From NCBI GenBank assembly GCA_047285535.1, contig JBJBDC010000001.1:2112136-2176135 (forward strand): DNA of 64,000 nucleotides. The letters are read 5' to 3'. Below are positions 34,593-46,283 of this stretch, piece after piece. A program made the translations under genes and the position numbers. The stretch is from Synechococcus sp. (GTDB lineage: Bacteria > Cyanobacteriota > Cyanobacteriia > PCC-6307 > Cyanobiaceae). Each line of letters starts with the position of its first letter. Position 1 is the first letter of the stretch. Below the pieces are notes generated by a model. The model worked only from the letters and a program-made list of their open reading frames with translations. It searched no databases and was not told the origin of the DNA.

Positions 34593-35897
34593 TCACATTT
34601 TGAACTTACCTGCATCAGGCCGATCCAAGGTCCAATCACACTTATACCCTTTGGTTTCAGGGACATATTGGTTCCAGGTGATTGGAGCCACAGGGGTCTT
34701 ACTATCCCAAAGAATCTCAAATTGACCGTCGTCCTTGGCTTCGCCAATTCGAACGGTTTGAGAGATGTGGTGGTTGGGGTACATTTTGATAGGCCCCTGT
34801 GGTGCATCTAAGCTGATGCCAATTAAAGCACTGCGTACTGCTGGTAGATCTTCGTAAGTACCAGCCTTCTCAACCGCAGCCTTCCATAGGTAGACCATAT
34901 TGTAGGCAGACTCCATTGGATCGTTTGTTACACGATCATCGCCATATTCAGCGAGAAAGGCTTCATTAAAGTTGTTTGCAGCCTCAGTTCCTAGAGACAT
35001 GAAGTAATTCCATGCCGCATAGGTACCACCAACAAACTCAGGTCCAATTTGACGAATTTCTTCCTCTGCAATAGAGAAAGACATAATGGGATATTTGTCA
35101 GGGGTGATGCCTGCTGCCTTGAATTGCTTGAACAAGGCAACATTGGAATCTCCATTCAAAGTGTTGATGATAATTCCACCATCAGGAAATTCTTTTTTGA
35201 TTTTGGCGATAATTGGAGCAACCTCTGTATTTCCTAGTGGAATGTAATCTTCACCAACTGTTTCACCTCCAAGGCTCTTAACCTGTTCCTTAATAATTGT
35301 GTTAGCTGTACGGGGGTACACATAGTCAGAACCAACTAAATAGACTTTCTTGCCATATTTATCAGAGAACTGGTCAAAGAGCCAATCAACCGCAGGCTCT
35401 GCCTGCTGGTTAGGGACAGCACCTGTATAGAAGATGTTTTTGGAACATTCCTGGCCCTCGTACTGGATTGGATAGAAAAGGAAATGATCTTTTGCTTCAT
35501 ATACAGGAAGCATGGCTTTGCGACTTGCAGAGGTCCAGCCACCGAAAACAACAGCTACTTTGTCAGCATCAATCAGCTTCTGAGACTTTTCAGCAAATGT
35601 CGGCCAATCAGAGGCTCCATCTTCTGAAACGTATGTGATTTTGTAATTTTTACCGTCGATTTCGACCCCGCCAGCGTCATTGATCTCCTTAATGGCCATC
35701 TCCTCAGTTTCCTTAAGAGTGGTCTCAGAGATAGCCATTGTTCCACTCAGAGAGTGAAGAATGCCGACTTTGATTTCGCCGTCAAAATCTTCACTTGCTG
35801 TGTCACTACTACCTCCTCCTCCACAGGCGGTGACGGCTAAACCCAGCGAAGCTGCCGCTATGCCAGCAAACAGGCGCTTGGAGAATGATGAGCTCAT
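34593..35897 (-). CDS. urtA: Urea ABC transporter substrate-binding lipoprotein
   Basis: VTAC lipobox, GILHSLSGTMAISE, WTSASRKA, YPIQYEGQE, TLNGDSNVA. Confidence 0.95.
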   Translation of the reverse strand: MSSSFSKRLFAGIAAASLGLAVTACGGGGSSDTASEDFDGEIKVGILHSLSGTMAISETTLKETEEMAIKEINDAGGVEIDGKNYKITYVSEDGASDWPTFAEKSQKLIDADKVAVVFGGWTSASRKAMLPVYEAKDHFLFYPIQYEGQECSKNIFYTGAVPNQQAEPAVDWLFDQFSDKYGKKVYLVGSDYVYPRTANTIIKEQVKSLGGETVGEDYIPLGNTEVAPIIAKIKKEFPDGGIIINTLNGDSNVALFKQFKAAGITPDKYPIMSFSIAEEEIRQIGPEFVGGTYAAWNYFMSLGTEAANNFNEAFLAEYGDDRVTNDPMESAYNMVYLWKAAVEKAGTYEDLPAVRSALIGISLDAPQGPIKMYPNHHISQTVRIGEAKDDGQFEILWDSKTPVAPITWNQYVPETKGYKCDWTLDRPDAGKFKM

Positions 35898-35944
35898 GGA
35901 GAAAAGGAAACAAGAGAGACGACGCTTCAACGTCGAAGACCCGA

Positions 35945-35987
35945 AAAGTACAGATACTGAGAAGTGATGGCCTGTAACAACAAGAAC
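35945..35987 (-). promoter_or_regulatory. NtcA-type promoter of urtA
   Basis: Minus-strand GTT-N8-TAC at 35987-35974, 23 nt spacer, -10 TACTTT. Confidence 0.7.
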
Positions 35988-36015
35988 ATTTTTTTCGTTT
36001 GAGGATTAAGGGGTG

Positions 36016-36618
36016 TCAATTCGGTAACTGTTGCAACACAAATTCGACGACTCCATCGAGTCCATCGCCAGCACGAAGATTCGTGAAGCACCAAGGCTTC
36101 TTGCCGCGCATCCGTGCTGTGTCCTGTTCCATCACCTCTAAATCAGCACCAACCAGAGGTGCCAGATCAATCTTATTGATGACTAATAAATCTGATCGCG
36201 TAATCCCAGGTCCGCCTTTGCGAGGAATTTTGTCCCCAGCAGCCACATCAATGACATATATGCATAGGTCTACTAATTCAGGACTGAAGCTAGCCGCAAG
36301 GTTGTCACCACCGCTTTCAACCATCACCAGGTCGAGCCCAGGGAACTGGAGCTCCAGGTCGTTCACAGCAGCTCGGTTGATGGAGCAGTCTTCACGTATC
36401 GCTGTATGGGGGCACCCCCCAGTTTCAACTCCTCGAATGCGCTCGGGATCTAAAGCTCCTGCCCGCGTCAGAAATTGAGCATCCTCTTGGGTGTAGATGT
36501 CATTCGTGACCACCGCTAACTGCAAGCGATCGCGCAATCGCTTGCAAAGTGCTTCCACAAGCGCCGTCTTTCCTGAACCCACCGGACCAGCCACCCCAAG
36601 TCTGAGCTTGCTACCCAT
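36016..36618 (-). CDS. ureG: Urease accessory GTPase
   Basis: [25 protein letters not shown]. Confidence 0.97.
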   Translation of the reverse strand: MGSKLRLGVAGPVGSGKTALVEALCKRLRDRLQLAVVTNDIYTQEDAQFLTRAGALDPERIRGVETGGCPHTAIREDCSINRAAVNDLELQFPGLDLVMVESGGDNLAASFSPELVDLCIYVIDVAAGDKIPRKGGPGITRSDLLVINKIDLAPLVGADLEVMEQDTARMRGKKPWCFTNLRAGDGLDGVVEFVLQQLPN

Positions 36619-37286
36619 CAGCTACGGAACAAACGTGAATACAACTCAGCATGCGCCAACTGGGCGAGCCCTGCACCAACACCGCTATTCCAAAGGCTCA
36701 TGGGGTCCTGGTCTTTCAAAAAACAAGCTTGAGAACTGATCATCGGCAAAATGCGTTGCTGAATCTTCTGAGCCGTGGTGGGACCAAGTGGTACCAATCG
36801 AACTGCTGCACTGAGCTGATTAGCAACCCATCCATAGAGATAGCCCTCAACCATGTCGAGCTCAGGAATCTTCATCGCTAAGGAAGCCCAAGCCCAAGCC
36901 GCAGGCCAAGCCAGAACCACTTGTTGAGGCAACGGATGGCCAAGATCTGCCAAAAGCTCCAACAAAGAACCTCCCATCTGAACGTGCTGCGAACGGACGG
37001 ATGAGGCTTCCCTCAGAGCTAGCAACCAACCATCAAGAGACATCAACTCTCCATGCGCCTTTGCCCTTCCTTGGATCCAGCTTTGAAGGTGAGAACGCAA
37101 GGTCGACAGTGCGGCAGCCTCCAACCTCAGTGCGCCTCTGCAAAGCTCAGCTTCAATCCACCGCTGAATCTCTGTTTCATCAGTCAAATAACCCTGTTGG
37201 ATCAGGACTTCAAGACCCTCGGAATAACTGAATGCACCAACCGGCAAGGCAGGACTCACCAACTGCAGCAAAGCAAGAGTTGTCAT
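36618..37286 (-). CDS. ureF: Urease accessory protein
   Basis: [32 protein letters not shown]-terminus. Confidence 0.95.
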   Translation of the reverse strand: MTTLALLQLVSPALPVGAFSYSEGLEVLIQQGYLTDETEIQRWIEAELCRGALRLEAAALSTLRSHLQSWIQGRAKAHGELMSLDGWLLALREASSVRSQHVQMGGSLLELLADLGHPLPQQVVLAWPAAWAWASLAMKIPELDMVEGYLYGWVANQLSAAVRLVPLGPTTAQKIQQRILPMISSQACFLKDQDPMSLWNSGVGAGLAQLAHAELYSRLFRS

Positions 37287-37762
37287 GAATGCAGATGGCC
37301 GCTGTAAGCACCCCCCTCCGGCAGAAATGGACGACAGCACCGCGTCACCATCAATCCCCGTCCTTCCAGCATGGTGGCGAGCACAGAGTCCTCGAGCAAC
37401 AACAGTTCATGCTCATGCAGCTCAAGAGCCACATGACGATTGCCCAGGTGATAGGACGCTTCAAGCAACGCTAATGGCGTGGCTGCCTTGACCCGCAATA
37501 ACGCCTCAGGCGCAGCCGCAACCTTCACATCCACATTCTCTTGCGAATCGGCGAGTCGATCACCAGGCTTCAAGACTCCCTCTCGCGGCAACTGCAACAA
37601 AACATCTCGGCCACAAGCTGTGCGACGACGTCCACGCAACACCGTGCGTTGATCTGCAGTGAGTGGTAACTCCATCACTAGGGGAATGGAGCTCCTCAAC
37701 CCGGCATCAGCAACGAGGCGATGGTCCAACACGATCAAGCCAGCGCTCAAGGGGTCACACAA
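37283..37762 (-). CDS. ureE: Urease accessory Ni chaperone
   Basis: YHLGNRH, FLPEGGAY; start uncertain. Confidence 0.93.
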   Translation of the reverse strand: MCDPLSAGLIVLDHRLVADAGLRSSIPLVMELPLTADQRTVLRGRRRTACGRDVLLQLPREGVLKPGDRLADSQENVDVKVAAAPEALLRVKAATPLALLEASYHLGNRHVALELHEHELLLLEDSVLATMLEGRGLMVTRCCRPFLPEGGAYSGHLHS

Positions 37763-37811
37763 CCAACGACATCACAAGACAAAGATTGCCCAGAGACGAC
37801 AAAAGCTTTTG

Positions 37812-37825
37812 GTAGCACTTGCTAC
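37812..37825. promoter_or_regulatory. Perfect NtcA box between divergent ureE and ureD
   Basis: GTAGCACTTGCTAC. Confidence 0.85.
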
Positions 37826-37859
37826 AGAGAGCCTAGCCATTGGCATCGAGCTTGTCTAA

Positions 37860-38750
37860 ATGCAACGACTTGACTCCTGGCACGGCACCTGCAACCTCCA
37901 ATTCCACGCAGACAGCAGCGGTAGTCAGCACCAAGGAGGCTGTACCTCACCATTCAAGTTGATGCGCGCAGAAAGGGGTGCAAACGGGCGCTGCGAGCTA
38001 CCACTCCTTCACACTGCTGGCGGCCTCGTTGGAGGAGATCAATTGAGCATCAATTTGAACTTAAAACCAAGCAGTCGCTGCTTGATCACCAGCGTGGCGG
38101 CACAAAAAGTCTATGGATCGGTGGGCCGTAGCCAGCTCCATCCACAAGGAGTCTGGGCTCAACACAACATGGATGCGGAGCTGCATTCGGCTAGCGATTT
38201 GGAGTGGCTTCCCCAAGAAGTCGTGCTCTACTCCAATGCCTTATTTCATCAAAACCTGACGGTCAGCTTGCCCTTAGATGGATCATTTTTCAGCGCAGAA
38301 ATCGTGCGCCTGGGACGCACGGCCGCCGGCGAAACCTTGGGCAAAGGACGCTGGAGATCATCTGTTCAGCTGCGTCGCCGAACGCCTAAGGGCATTCTCT
38401 GGGAACTCGTCGACAGACTTGAACTCAGCGAGGAGGCCTTGCAAGGACCCCACGGCCTCAATCAGAAACCTGTATTCGGCAGCCTGATTTGGGCAGCACC
38501 CTTTGCTCTAGAGACAGAAATGATGAATAACCTGATAAAAGAAGCTAGGCATGATCGATGCGGACTCAAAGGCGAGATGCATTGTGGACAGCTTCACCAA
38601 GGGTTGATCGCTCGATACAGCGGTGACTCAAGCCGTGATGCCCGTTTTTGGTTCAGCAGGATTTGGGCTCTGACCCGTCAAGCTCGAGACCTTTCAACCC
38701 CAACCATTCCGAGAGTGTGGCCCTTGCAAGAAAATCCATTCAGGCCATAA
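37860..38750 (+). CDS. ureD: Urease accessory protein
   Basis: HTAGGLVGGD, AAQKVY, LEWLPQE, PRVWP. Confidence 0.94.
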   Translation: MQRLDSWHGTCNLQFHADSSGSQHQGGCTSPFKLMRAERGANGRCELPLLHTAGGLVGGDQLSINLNLKPSSRCLITSVAAQKVYGSVGRSQLHPQGVWAQHNMDAELHSASDLEWLPQEVVLYSNALFHQNLTVSLPLDGSFFSAEIVRLGRTAAGETLGKGRWRSSVQLRRRTPKGILWELVDRLELSEEALQGPHGLNQKPVFGSLIWAAPFALETEMMNNLIKEARHDRCGLKGEMHCGQLHQGLIARYSGDSSRDARFWFSRIWALTRQARDLSTPTIPRVWPLQENPFRP

Positions 38751-38813
38751 GAGTTCAATTTGAACATTCCACCAAGCCTGCCAGAGACAAACTAAAAAAA
38801 GTGCAAGGACACC

Positions 38814-39116
38814 ATGCACCTCAGCCCTCAGGAAAAAGACAAGCTATTGATCGTCACCGCCGCTCTACTGGCAGAACGTCGGCTCAATCGCGGTCTCAAA
38901 CTCAACCATCCTGAAACAGTGGCTTTTCTCAGTTTCTTGGTCCTAGAAGGGGCACGAGACGGAAAGAGCGTGGCCGCCCTCATGCAGGAAGGGAGCACAT
39001 GGCTGCGCCGAGACCAAGTCATGGAAGGCATTCCTGAATTGGTGAACGAAGTGCAGATCGAGGCTGTTTTTCCCGATGGAACCAAACTTGTGACCTTGCA
39101 TGATCCGATTCGCTAA
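38814..39116 (+). CDS. ureA: Urease gamma subunit
   Basis: [30 protein letters not shown]. Confidence 0.98.
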   Translation: MHLSPQEKDKLLIVTAALLAERRLNRGLKLNHPETVAFLSFLVLEGARDGKSVAALMQEGSTWLRRDQVMEGIPELVNEVQIEAVFPDGTKLVTLHDPIR

Positions 39117-39128
39117 GGCTTCCTCTGA

Positions 39129-39449
39129 ATGGCACCCCTAATTCCCGGTGAATTGCTACCTGAACCAGGAGAGCTTGAACTCAATGCCAACAGAGGCGTC
39201 ACAACCCTCACTGTCGCCAACAGCGGCGACCGCCCTGTGCAGGTGGGATCTCACTTTCATTTCCAAGAGGCAAACGCTGCATTGCACTTTGATCGTGATG
39301 CAGCACGCGGACAGCGGCTCGACATTCCAGCCGGAACGGCTGTTCGTTTCGAACCGGGAGACAGCCGCGATGTGAATCTGATTCCCTTCGCAGGCAAACG
39401 CCGTGTCATCGGATTCAACGGCCTGATCAACGGACCCCTCGACACCTGA
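39129..39449 (+). CDS. ureB: Urease beta subunit
   Basis: [27 protein letters not shown]. Confidence 0.98.
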   Translation: MAPLIPGELLPEPGELELNANRGVTTLTVANSGDRPVQVGSHFHFQEANAALHFDRDAARGQRLDIPAGTAVRFEPGDSRDVNLIPFAGKRRVIGFNGLINGPLDT

Positions 39450-39452
39450 TCC

Positions 39453-41162
39453 ATGCCCTATCGCATCTCACGCCGGGCTTACGCCGAAACCTATGGGCCC
39501 ACCACCGGTGATCGCATTCGCTTAGCGGACACCGAACTCATCCTCGAAGTGGAAAAGGACTTCACCACTTACGGCGATGAGGTGAAGTTTGGCGGCGGGA
39601 AGGTAATTCGCGATGGCATGGGCCAAGCCCAAACCTCCCGGGCTGGAGGAGCCGTTGACACCGTGATCACCAACGCCCTAATCCTCGATTGGTGGGGAAT
39701 CGTGAAGGCAGATTTAGGCCTGAAGGATGGCCGCATCGTGGGGATCGGCAAGGCAGGTAACCCCGATACCCAGGAAGGGGTCACCATTGTGATAGGTCCT
39801 GGCACCGAAGCCATTGCTGGCGAAGGACACATCCTGACCGCTGGTGGAATTGACACTCACATTCATTTCATCTGCCCCCAACAGATTGAAACGGCCTTGG
39901 CCAGCGGAGTCACCACACTCATGGGCGGCGGCACCGGACCAGCCACCGGAACCAATGCAACCACCTGCACCCCCGGCGCTTTTCATATCAGCCGAATGCT
40001 GCAGGCCGCGGAAGGGCTACCCGTGAATCTGGGCTTTTTCGGGAAAGGAAACTCCAGCACCCCAGAAGCCTTGGAAGAACAAGTGCAAGCGGGAGCTTGC
40101 GGCCTCAAGCTTCATGAGGATTGGGGGACCACTCCTGCTGCCATCGACGCCTGCCTGTCTGTCGCCGATCAAATGGATGTGCAGGTCTGCATCCACACGG
40201 ACACCCTGAATGAAGCCGGCTTCGTGGAAGACACGATCGCCGCGATCAAAGGCCGCACGATTCACACCTTTCATACAGAAGGTGCAGGCGGCGGTCACGC
40301 TCCAGACATCATCAAAATCTGCGGTGAAGCCAATGTGCTTCCCAGCAGCACCAACCCAACGCGCCCTTATACCCGCAACACACTTGAGGAGCACCTCGAC
40401 ATGTTGATGGTGTGCCACCACTTGGACCCCAAGATCCCGGAAGATGTAGCGTTTGCGGAATCAAGAATCCGCCGAGAAACGATTGCCGCGGAAGACATCC
40501 TTCACGATCTCGGCGCTTTCTCGATCATTGCCAGCGACTCCCAGGCGATGGGACGCGTTGGGGAAGTGATCACGCGCACGTTCCAGACCGCCCACAAGAT
40601 GAAAGTTCAACGCGGAATCCTTCCGGAAGACTCAAACCGCAACGACAACCACCGCCTGAAACGCTATATCTCCAAGGTGACGATTAACCCAGCCATCGCT
40701 CACGGCATCAGTCACCAGGTGGGTTCGGTGGAGACAGGCAAACTTGCCGATCTCGTGCTCTGGAAACCGGGCTTTTTTGGGATTCGACCTCAACTCGTCA
40801 TCAAAGGCGGTTCGATCGCCTGGGCCCAAATGGGTGATGCCAATGCCTCAATCCCTACACCTGGTCCAGTGCACGGAAGGCCGATGTTTGCGACTTACGG
40901 CAAAGCACTTGCACCGAGTTGCCTCACATTCATGAGCGATGCAGCAATCAACGACAATATCCCGAGCAAACTTGGCCTAGAACGCACCTGCATCCCTGTG
41001 CACAACACCAGAAACGTTGGCAAGAGTGCACTCAAGCTCAATTCGGCGCTCCCGAATGTCAGCGTGGATCCTCAGACCTATGAAGTGTTTGCCGACGGCG
41101 AACTCCTGGTCTGCGAGCCAGCAGAGGTACTACCCCTTGCCCAACGTTATCTACTGCTTTGA
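39453..41162 (+). CDS. ureC: Urease alpha subunit
   Basis: [37 protein letters not shown]. Confidence 0.99.
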   Translation: MPYRISRRAYAETYGPTTGDRIRLADTELILEVEKDFTTYGDEVKFGGGKVIRDGMGQAQTSRAGGAVDTVITNALILDWWGIVKADLGLKDGRIVGIGKAGNPDTQEGVTIVIGPGTEAIAGEGHILTAGGIDTHIHFICPQQIETALASGVTTLMGGGTGPATGTNATTCTPGAFHISRMLQAAEGLPVNLGFFGKGNSSTPEALEEQVQAGACGLKLHEDWGTTPAAIDACLSVADQMDVQVCIHTDTLNEAGFVEDTIAAIKGRTIHTFHTEGAGGGHAPDIIKICGEANVLPSSTNPTRPYTRNTLEEHLDMLMVCHHLDPKIPEDVAFAESRIRRETIAAEDILHDLGAFSIIASDSQAMGRVGEVITRTFQTAHKMKVQRGILPEDSNRNDNHRLKRYISKVTINPAIAHGISHQVGSVETGKLADLVLWKPGFFGIRPQLVIKGGSIAWAQMGDANASIPTPGPVHGRPMFATYGKALAPSCLTFMSDAAINDNIPSKLGLERTCIPVHNTRNVGKSALKLNSALPNVSVDPQTYEVFADGELLVCEPAEVLPLAQRYLLL

Positions 41163-41932
41163 TCACGAACCCGCCAACTTTGCTGGTGGTTCAGCACATC
41201 GATCGAGAAGGACCTGATCTGGTTGCCGACATTGCGATTGAGCAAGGGATGAACGTGCATACCATTCGCCCTGATCGAGGGGAATCCCTGCCGAACCCCA
41301 GCAGCACGTACAACACGATTGCTCTCCTGCTTGGAGGACCGATGGGCGTGGAAGACCGTCATCAAAGTCCCCTGGCATGGTTGCAACAGGAGTTGGAATG
41401 GCTCACTCTCTGGCATCAGCAAAAACAACCAGTCTTAGGAATCTGCCTCGGTGCACAACTTTTAGCCGTAGCTGCCGGTGGCTCCGTACAACCTCTGCAA
41501 GTAGGAATGCCACCTCATCAATTGAAAGAAGTTGGCTTCGGAGCCATTCATTGGCTGAAAGAGTCAATCAGCGAACCACTCCTCAAAGGATTACAACCAA
41601 GCCAAATGGTGTTGCACTGGCATGGAGACCGTATCCATCTACCTCCAGAAGCGACCTTGCTGGGGTCAAGTCTTCAATGCCAAGAACAAGTATTCAAAAT
41701 CGGGCAACACGCCATTGGCTTGCAGTGTCATTTGGAGCTTCACAAGCCAAATCTGGAACGATGGATTCAAGAAGACCTCTGCTATGTCCTCAATGCACTA
41801 GGGCCCGATGGCCCAGAACGCTTACGAAAAGACAGTGACCGATTTGCTGTGTCCTTACATCTACAAGCTCGAGTCTTCATCAGCAATGCATTGCACCACC
41901 TCTCCTCATCAACAAAAAGGCCGAGTGCGTAA
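41159..41932 (+). CDS. Class I glutamine amidotransferase-like protein
   Basis: GGPM, GICLG (Cys), HWHGD, QCHLE (His-Glu); overlaps ureC stop. Confidence 0.9.
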   Translation: MITNPPTLLVVQHIDREGPDLVADIAIEQGMNVHTIRPDRGESLPNPSSTYNTIALLLGGPMGVEDRHQSPLAWLQQELEWLTLWHQQKQPVLGICLGAQLLAVAAGGSVQPLQVGMPPHQLKEVGFGAIHWLKESISEPLLKGLQPSQMVLHWHGDRIHLPPEATLLGSSLQCQEQVFKIGQHAIGLQCHLELHKPNLERWIQEDLCYVLNALGPDGPERLRKDSDRFAVSLHLQARVFISNALHHLSSSTKRPSA

Positions 41933-42366
41933 GCAAATGATAACGCCTGACAGGCTTAATCTTCTACCAGCTACACGCTTAAGCTGATTGAACAAACTTT
42001 CAGAATCAACCCTCTTCCGAAATAATTACACAGCATTATAAAACTCCTAGCCACAACAAAGCAGCATCCCAAATTCCCAAACAAGACCCCAGCGAAGCAA
42101 AAAATGACTTCATGCTCAAGCAAAAATTGCCCACAAAAACCTCGCCCATAAAACCCAATGAGCATTACATTTCTAGGCCAATAATGATCAGCCTTAGCCA
42201 AAGACAACCAAGAGAAGCATGCAAGGCCAACCGCTTCTCCTCAATACGACAAGAGGCAAGTAGAAAAACTTCAGCGAAACCAAAAATCCAGAGATCAGTA
42301 ACAAGCAACACCAGACCAGAACCCCTTAAAGGCTTTAGATAGAACCGAAGAGTGACCATTCTTGCG

Positions 42367-43839
42367 ATGTTCCAGGAATACCAGCCATCGCATGGATACG
42401 ACGAGTATTTCTGCAGAGAACAGGCAGCTCCGCGTGCGGATTTAGAGCCTCTGCTTACCTCCTTGGGCCAAATCGGACTGGCAGAACTGAAACGCAATCA
42501 TGTCTCTGCCAGCAATCTGTTACGTCGTCTTGGCGCGACATTCCAAATTAAAGGCTCAGGACTCCACGATGGCGAACGGATCCTGCCCTTTGATCCGTTA
42601 CCTCGGTTGATCCATAAGCGTGAATGGAGTCAATTGGAGGCAGGTTTGCTGCAAAGACTTGAAGCGATTGATCTTTTCCTGGCCGATGTTTACGGACCAC
42701 AAAAAATTATCAATGACGGAGTCATTCCTAGAGAAGACGTTGAAAGTTCTCAGGGGTGGAGGCCTGAAATGCAAGATATGGAGTTACCCCTAGGACGATG
42801 GTGTCATATCTCCGGTCTGGACTTGATACGGGATGGTCATGGCAACTGGAGAGTCCTGGAAGACAATTTGCGCTGCCCCTCCGGCGTGGCCTATTTCCTG
42901 GAAAACCGTCGGGTCATGAAAAGACTATTTCCAAGCCTTTTCGAAGGGCGAAACATTCAAGCCATCGACGATTACCCCTCTCATTTGCTGCAAACATTGC
43001 AAGATCTAGGATCCTGGAGTGATGCTCCACGCGTAGCTCTTCTCACACCAGGAATCTTTAACAGCGCCTATTTCGAACACAGCTATCTCGCCCAGCAGAT
43101 GGGCATCACTCTTGTTGAAGGCAGGGATCTGATCTGCGAAAATGAAAGAGTATGGATGCGAAGCACAGCTGGATTGCAACCAGTAGATGTCATTTACCGG
43201 CGCATTGATGATGACTTCCTCGACCCCACTGTGTTCCGCCGAGACTCAGTCCTTGGCGTGCCCGGCATCATGGAGGCGATGAAAAAGGGAAATGTAGCCA
43301 TCGCTAATGCACCAGGTACCGGAGTTGCAGACGACAAGCTGATCTACGCCTACGTACCCGAGATGATTCGTTATTACCTCGCACAGGAACCAATCATCGA
43401 AAATGTGCCGACATATCTCTGCTCCAGAGCAGAAGACCTGTCCTATGTGCTGGATAATCTCAAATCACTCGTGGTGAAATCAGTCGCCGAAGCCGGTGGC
43501 TACGGCATGTTGATCGGTCCGCACGCTGCAGCAAGCGAACTTAAGGCCTTTGCTAAGAAGATCAAGGCTCATCCACGCAATTTCATTGCACAGCCCACAT
43601 TGCAGCTGTCCACCGTTCCATCACTCAGTGAGGGAGAGCTCTATCCATGCCACGTTGATTTGCGTCCTTATGTGCTTAGAGGAAAAAGCAAATGGGTCAG
43701 TCCAGGTGGACTCACCCGTGTCGCCTTACGACGAGGATCTTTAGTCGTGAATTCCTCTCAGGGTGGTGGCTGCAAAGACACCTGGGTGGTCACCGAAAAC
43801 CCAACATCACTAGAACATCAGGGGGCCATGCCGTGTTGA
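42367..43839 (+). CDS. Circularly permuted type 2 ATP-grasp protein
   Basis: LPFDPLPR, VLEDNLRCPSG, NSAYFEH, YRRIDDDFLDP, HVDLRP, GGLTRVAL, NSSQGGGCKDTW. Confidence 0.92.
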   Translation: MFQEYQPSHGYDEYFCREQAAPRADLEPLLTSLGQIGLAELKRNHVSASNLLRRLGATFQIKGSGLHDGERILPFDPLPRLIHKREWSQLEAGLLQRLEAIDLFLADVYGPQKIINDGVIPREDVESSQGWRPEMQDMELPLGRWCHISGLDLIRDGHGNWRVLEDNLRCPSGVAYFLENRRVMKRLFPSLFEGRNIQAIDDYPSHLLQTLQDLGSWSDAPRVALLTPGIFNSAYFEHSYLAQQMGITLVEGRDLICENERVWMRSTAGLQPVDVIYRRIDDDFLDPTVFRRDSVLGVPGIMEAMKKGNVAIANAPGTGVADDKLIYAYVPEMIRYYLAQEPIIENVPTYLCSRAEDLSYVLDNLKSLVVKSVAEAGGYGMLIGPHAAASELKAFAKKIKAHPRNFIAQPTLQLSTVPSLSEGELYPCHVDLRPYVLRGKSKWVSPGGLTRVALRRGSLVVNSSQGGGCKDTWVVTENPTSLEHQGAMPC

Positions 43840-44831
43840 GCCGAGTCGCTGACTCTCTCTACTGGATCAACCGCTTCGTGGAACGCGCAGAAAACATCTC
43901 ACGTTTTTTAGAGGTGAGCGAAGCAATGTCTCTAGACAATCCAAGTAACAGCGCGGAACCCTGGTTGCCGTTGATCGATGCGAATGGCGATCGCCAACGC
44001 TTCGATCAAAGCTATCCACTTCGCTCTCCACAAGATGTGATGGGGTTTCTCCTACTAGACCACGACAACCCGAACAGCATTGTCAACTGCATCGCAAATG
44101 CCCGCGAAAATGCAAGGCAAATCCGCGATGTAATCTCGACAGAGATGTGGGAACACATCAACGATCTTTATTGGAGTATTCAGGAAGGAGAGGCCCTCTG
44201 GCACGAGCCGGACCAGGAGCAGCTGCGCAACATTCGCCGAGGTTGCCAACTTTTCTATGGCATCACTGATGTCACACTCAGCCGCGATCAAGCATGGCTG
44301 TTTAGCCGACTAGGCAGACTGATCGAGAGGGCCGACAAAACCTCACGCATCCTCGATGTGAAATATTTCCTTCTATTACCTGAAGCCAGCGCGGTGGGTG
44401 GCGTGCTGGATGAACTGCAATGGATTGCCCTTCTGCGCATCGCTGGGGCTTATCAGATGTACCGCCGAAGCGTCCAACAAGCGATCACTCCCACGGCCGT
44501 GGCCCGTTTTCTTTTACTTGATCCGATTTTTCCCAGATCTGTACGATTTTGCCTGCAACAGATCAACGAAACCCTCGAGCAAATTCAACAACACCCCATT
44601 CCAGGATCACCTGACGACCTTGAATGTCTACGTGGTCAGCTCGTGGCCAAGTGGAGTTATGTCCGCATCGAATCTTTGATCGACCGCGGATTACATGAAG
44701 CGATTGATCAACTACAAAGCGATCTCAATCAGCTTCATGAGCTAATTCACAAGAGCTTTTTCATCACTAAGGACCTCAGGTCAAAAAACATCTCAACCCT
44801 CACGACTGATCCATCATGCTCGCTGAGTTGA
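43833..44831 (+). CDS. Alpha-E domain protein (DUF403)
   Basis: LSRVADSLYWINRFVERAEN, ARENAR, LGRLIERAD, FPRS; GTG start inferred. Confidence 0.92.
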   Translation: MLSRVADSLYWINRFVERAENISRFLEVSEAMSLDNPSNSAEPWLPLIDANGDRQRFDQSYPLRSPQDVMGFLLLDHDNPNSIVNCIANARENARQIRDVISTEMWEHINDLYWSIQEGEALWHEPDQEQLRNIRRGCQLFYGITDVTLSRDQAWLFSRLGRLIERADKTSRILDVKYFLLLPEASAVGGVLDELQWIALLRIAGAYQMYRRSVQQAITPTAVARFLLLDPIFPRSVRFCLQQINETLEQIQQHPIPGSPDDLECLRGQLVAKWSYVRIESLIDRGLHEAIDQLQSDLNQLHELIHKSFFITKDLRSKNISTLTTDPSCSLS

Positions 44832-45727
44832 CGCACACTCTTACTTATCAATACGACTCACCTATCAGCCTGGGCGATCACCGGTTATGCCTCAAACCAA
44901 GAGGTCACGGTCATCAGCGACTCCTGAAACACCAACTCGTTGTGACGCCACAACCAATCCATCAGCACGCATTAGTGGCAGCCAGTGGCGATGAGATTCA
45001 ACGAATGCGCTTTCAAGGAACAACTGACCACTTGTGTATTGAGGCCCGGAGCCAGGTGGAAACTCAAACAGCCGCGCCGCTTGAAGAATGCTTGACCACA
45101 GTGGCGCCTCCCCTACCGTTCCCTCGCGGATATCTCAATAAGGATCTGTACGGGGCATTAGAAGGTTGGTTGCCTAATGGTCAACACGATCCATCAGCCG
45201 TTGCCCTAACCCAAGACGCACTCATGGGGGGAAACCAGCATGCCTTGCCATTTTTGCTTCAACTGATGGCAACCATTCAAGACCGAGTGAAATACACCGA
45301 GCGTCACTTAGGTCCCGCCTGGCCAGCTGGCCGAACGCTGAGGGAAAGAGTCGGGTCGTGCCGAGATCTTGCAATGCTGATGGTGGAGTGTTGTCGCAGC
45401 GCCGGGCTACCGGCACGATTCACCAGTGGATACCAACTCACTTACCCACCACCTGCTGAGTATGACCTTCATGCCTGGGCTGAAATTTATCTTCCTGGAG
45501 CCGGCTGGCGAGGCTTTGACCCCAGCACTGGACAAGAAACCAGTGAGAATTACATCGTTCTAGCCAGCTCCTCAAAACCAGAGCTCACTGCCGCTGTGTC
45601 AGGCAATTTCAACGGACCACCCAACACAATCAGCAAACTCAACTGGACAATCAAGGCAAAAGTAGAGGGACTCAAGCCCGAAGATGCAGAAAGACAGACA
45701 ACACAGCCTTCACTGGATGCGCACTGA
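44816..45727 (+). CDS. Transglutaminase-like protein
   Basis: GSCRD (Cys), SGY, HAWAE (His), GFDPS (Asp). Confidence 0.92.
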   Translation: MLAELTHTLTYQYDSPISLGDHRLCLKPRGHGHQRLLKHQLVVTPQPIHQHALVAASGDEIQRMRFQGTTDHLCIEARSQVETQTAAPLEECLTTVAPPLPFPRGYLNKDLYGALEGWLPNGQHDPSAVALTQDALMGGNQHALPFLLQLMATIQDRVKYTERHLGPAWPAGRTLRERVGSCRDLAMLMVECCRSAGLPARFTSGYQLTYPPPAEYDLHAWAEIYLPGAGWRGFDPSTGQETSENYIVLASSSKPELTAAVSGNFNGPPNTISKLNWTIKAKVEGLKPEDAERQTTQPSLDAH

Positions 45728-46283
45728 CATCTGTACAACTCCGAATCAACCATGGCAACAAAAATCTACCTTCTCAAAAAGCTGCCTATGAAGCACCACT
45801 ATCTAATGATATTAAAACTTTAGGCCTCAATCGTATCGAGCTGAAAAAACAAAGTTACGCCAAGCGCTGCAGAGGACGCTCTAAGCAATGAGCAGGCATA
45901 CAAAATCTTGCTTACACACATTCGCAAGGGACAAAGAACACTTCAACTCTTGACTCAACAAGCGACAATACGAGCATATATATTCGACGGATCAAGAGCA
46001 CATGGAAACAAGATAATAAATTCAAAGAAGCATAAATGATGCAGAGAATGACTACTGATATGTCACTCTATAACCAAGAGAGCGATCCTATCCAGACCAA
46101 TAAAATCATAGTGTAACAACTAAAAATCCTTACCCAAGGAGAGAGCATTCTCAACCGTTTTCCAGAAAAGGAATTCGCAACAGCCAACCAAGCGAAGGAG
46201 TCGTTATGTCAGATTTCACGACTCAACTGTGCTGCAATTTAATCTGGCAATCAACGATATCTCTAAAACTCATCTCCCCAAGC

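Noticed and set aside
41933..42350. Track ORFs in the A-rich spacer before the ATP-grasp gene
   Set aside because: Low-complexity translations with no motifs; likely non-coding or decayed
45728..46283. Missing Anbu peptidase gene after the transglutaminase
   Set aside because: AT-rich spacer with no recognisable ORF or remnant
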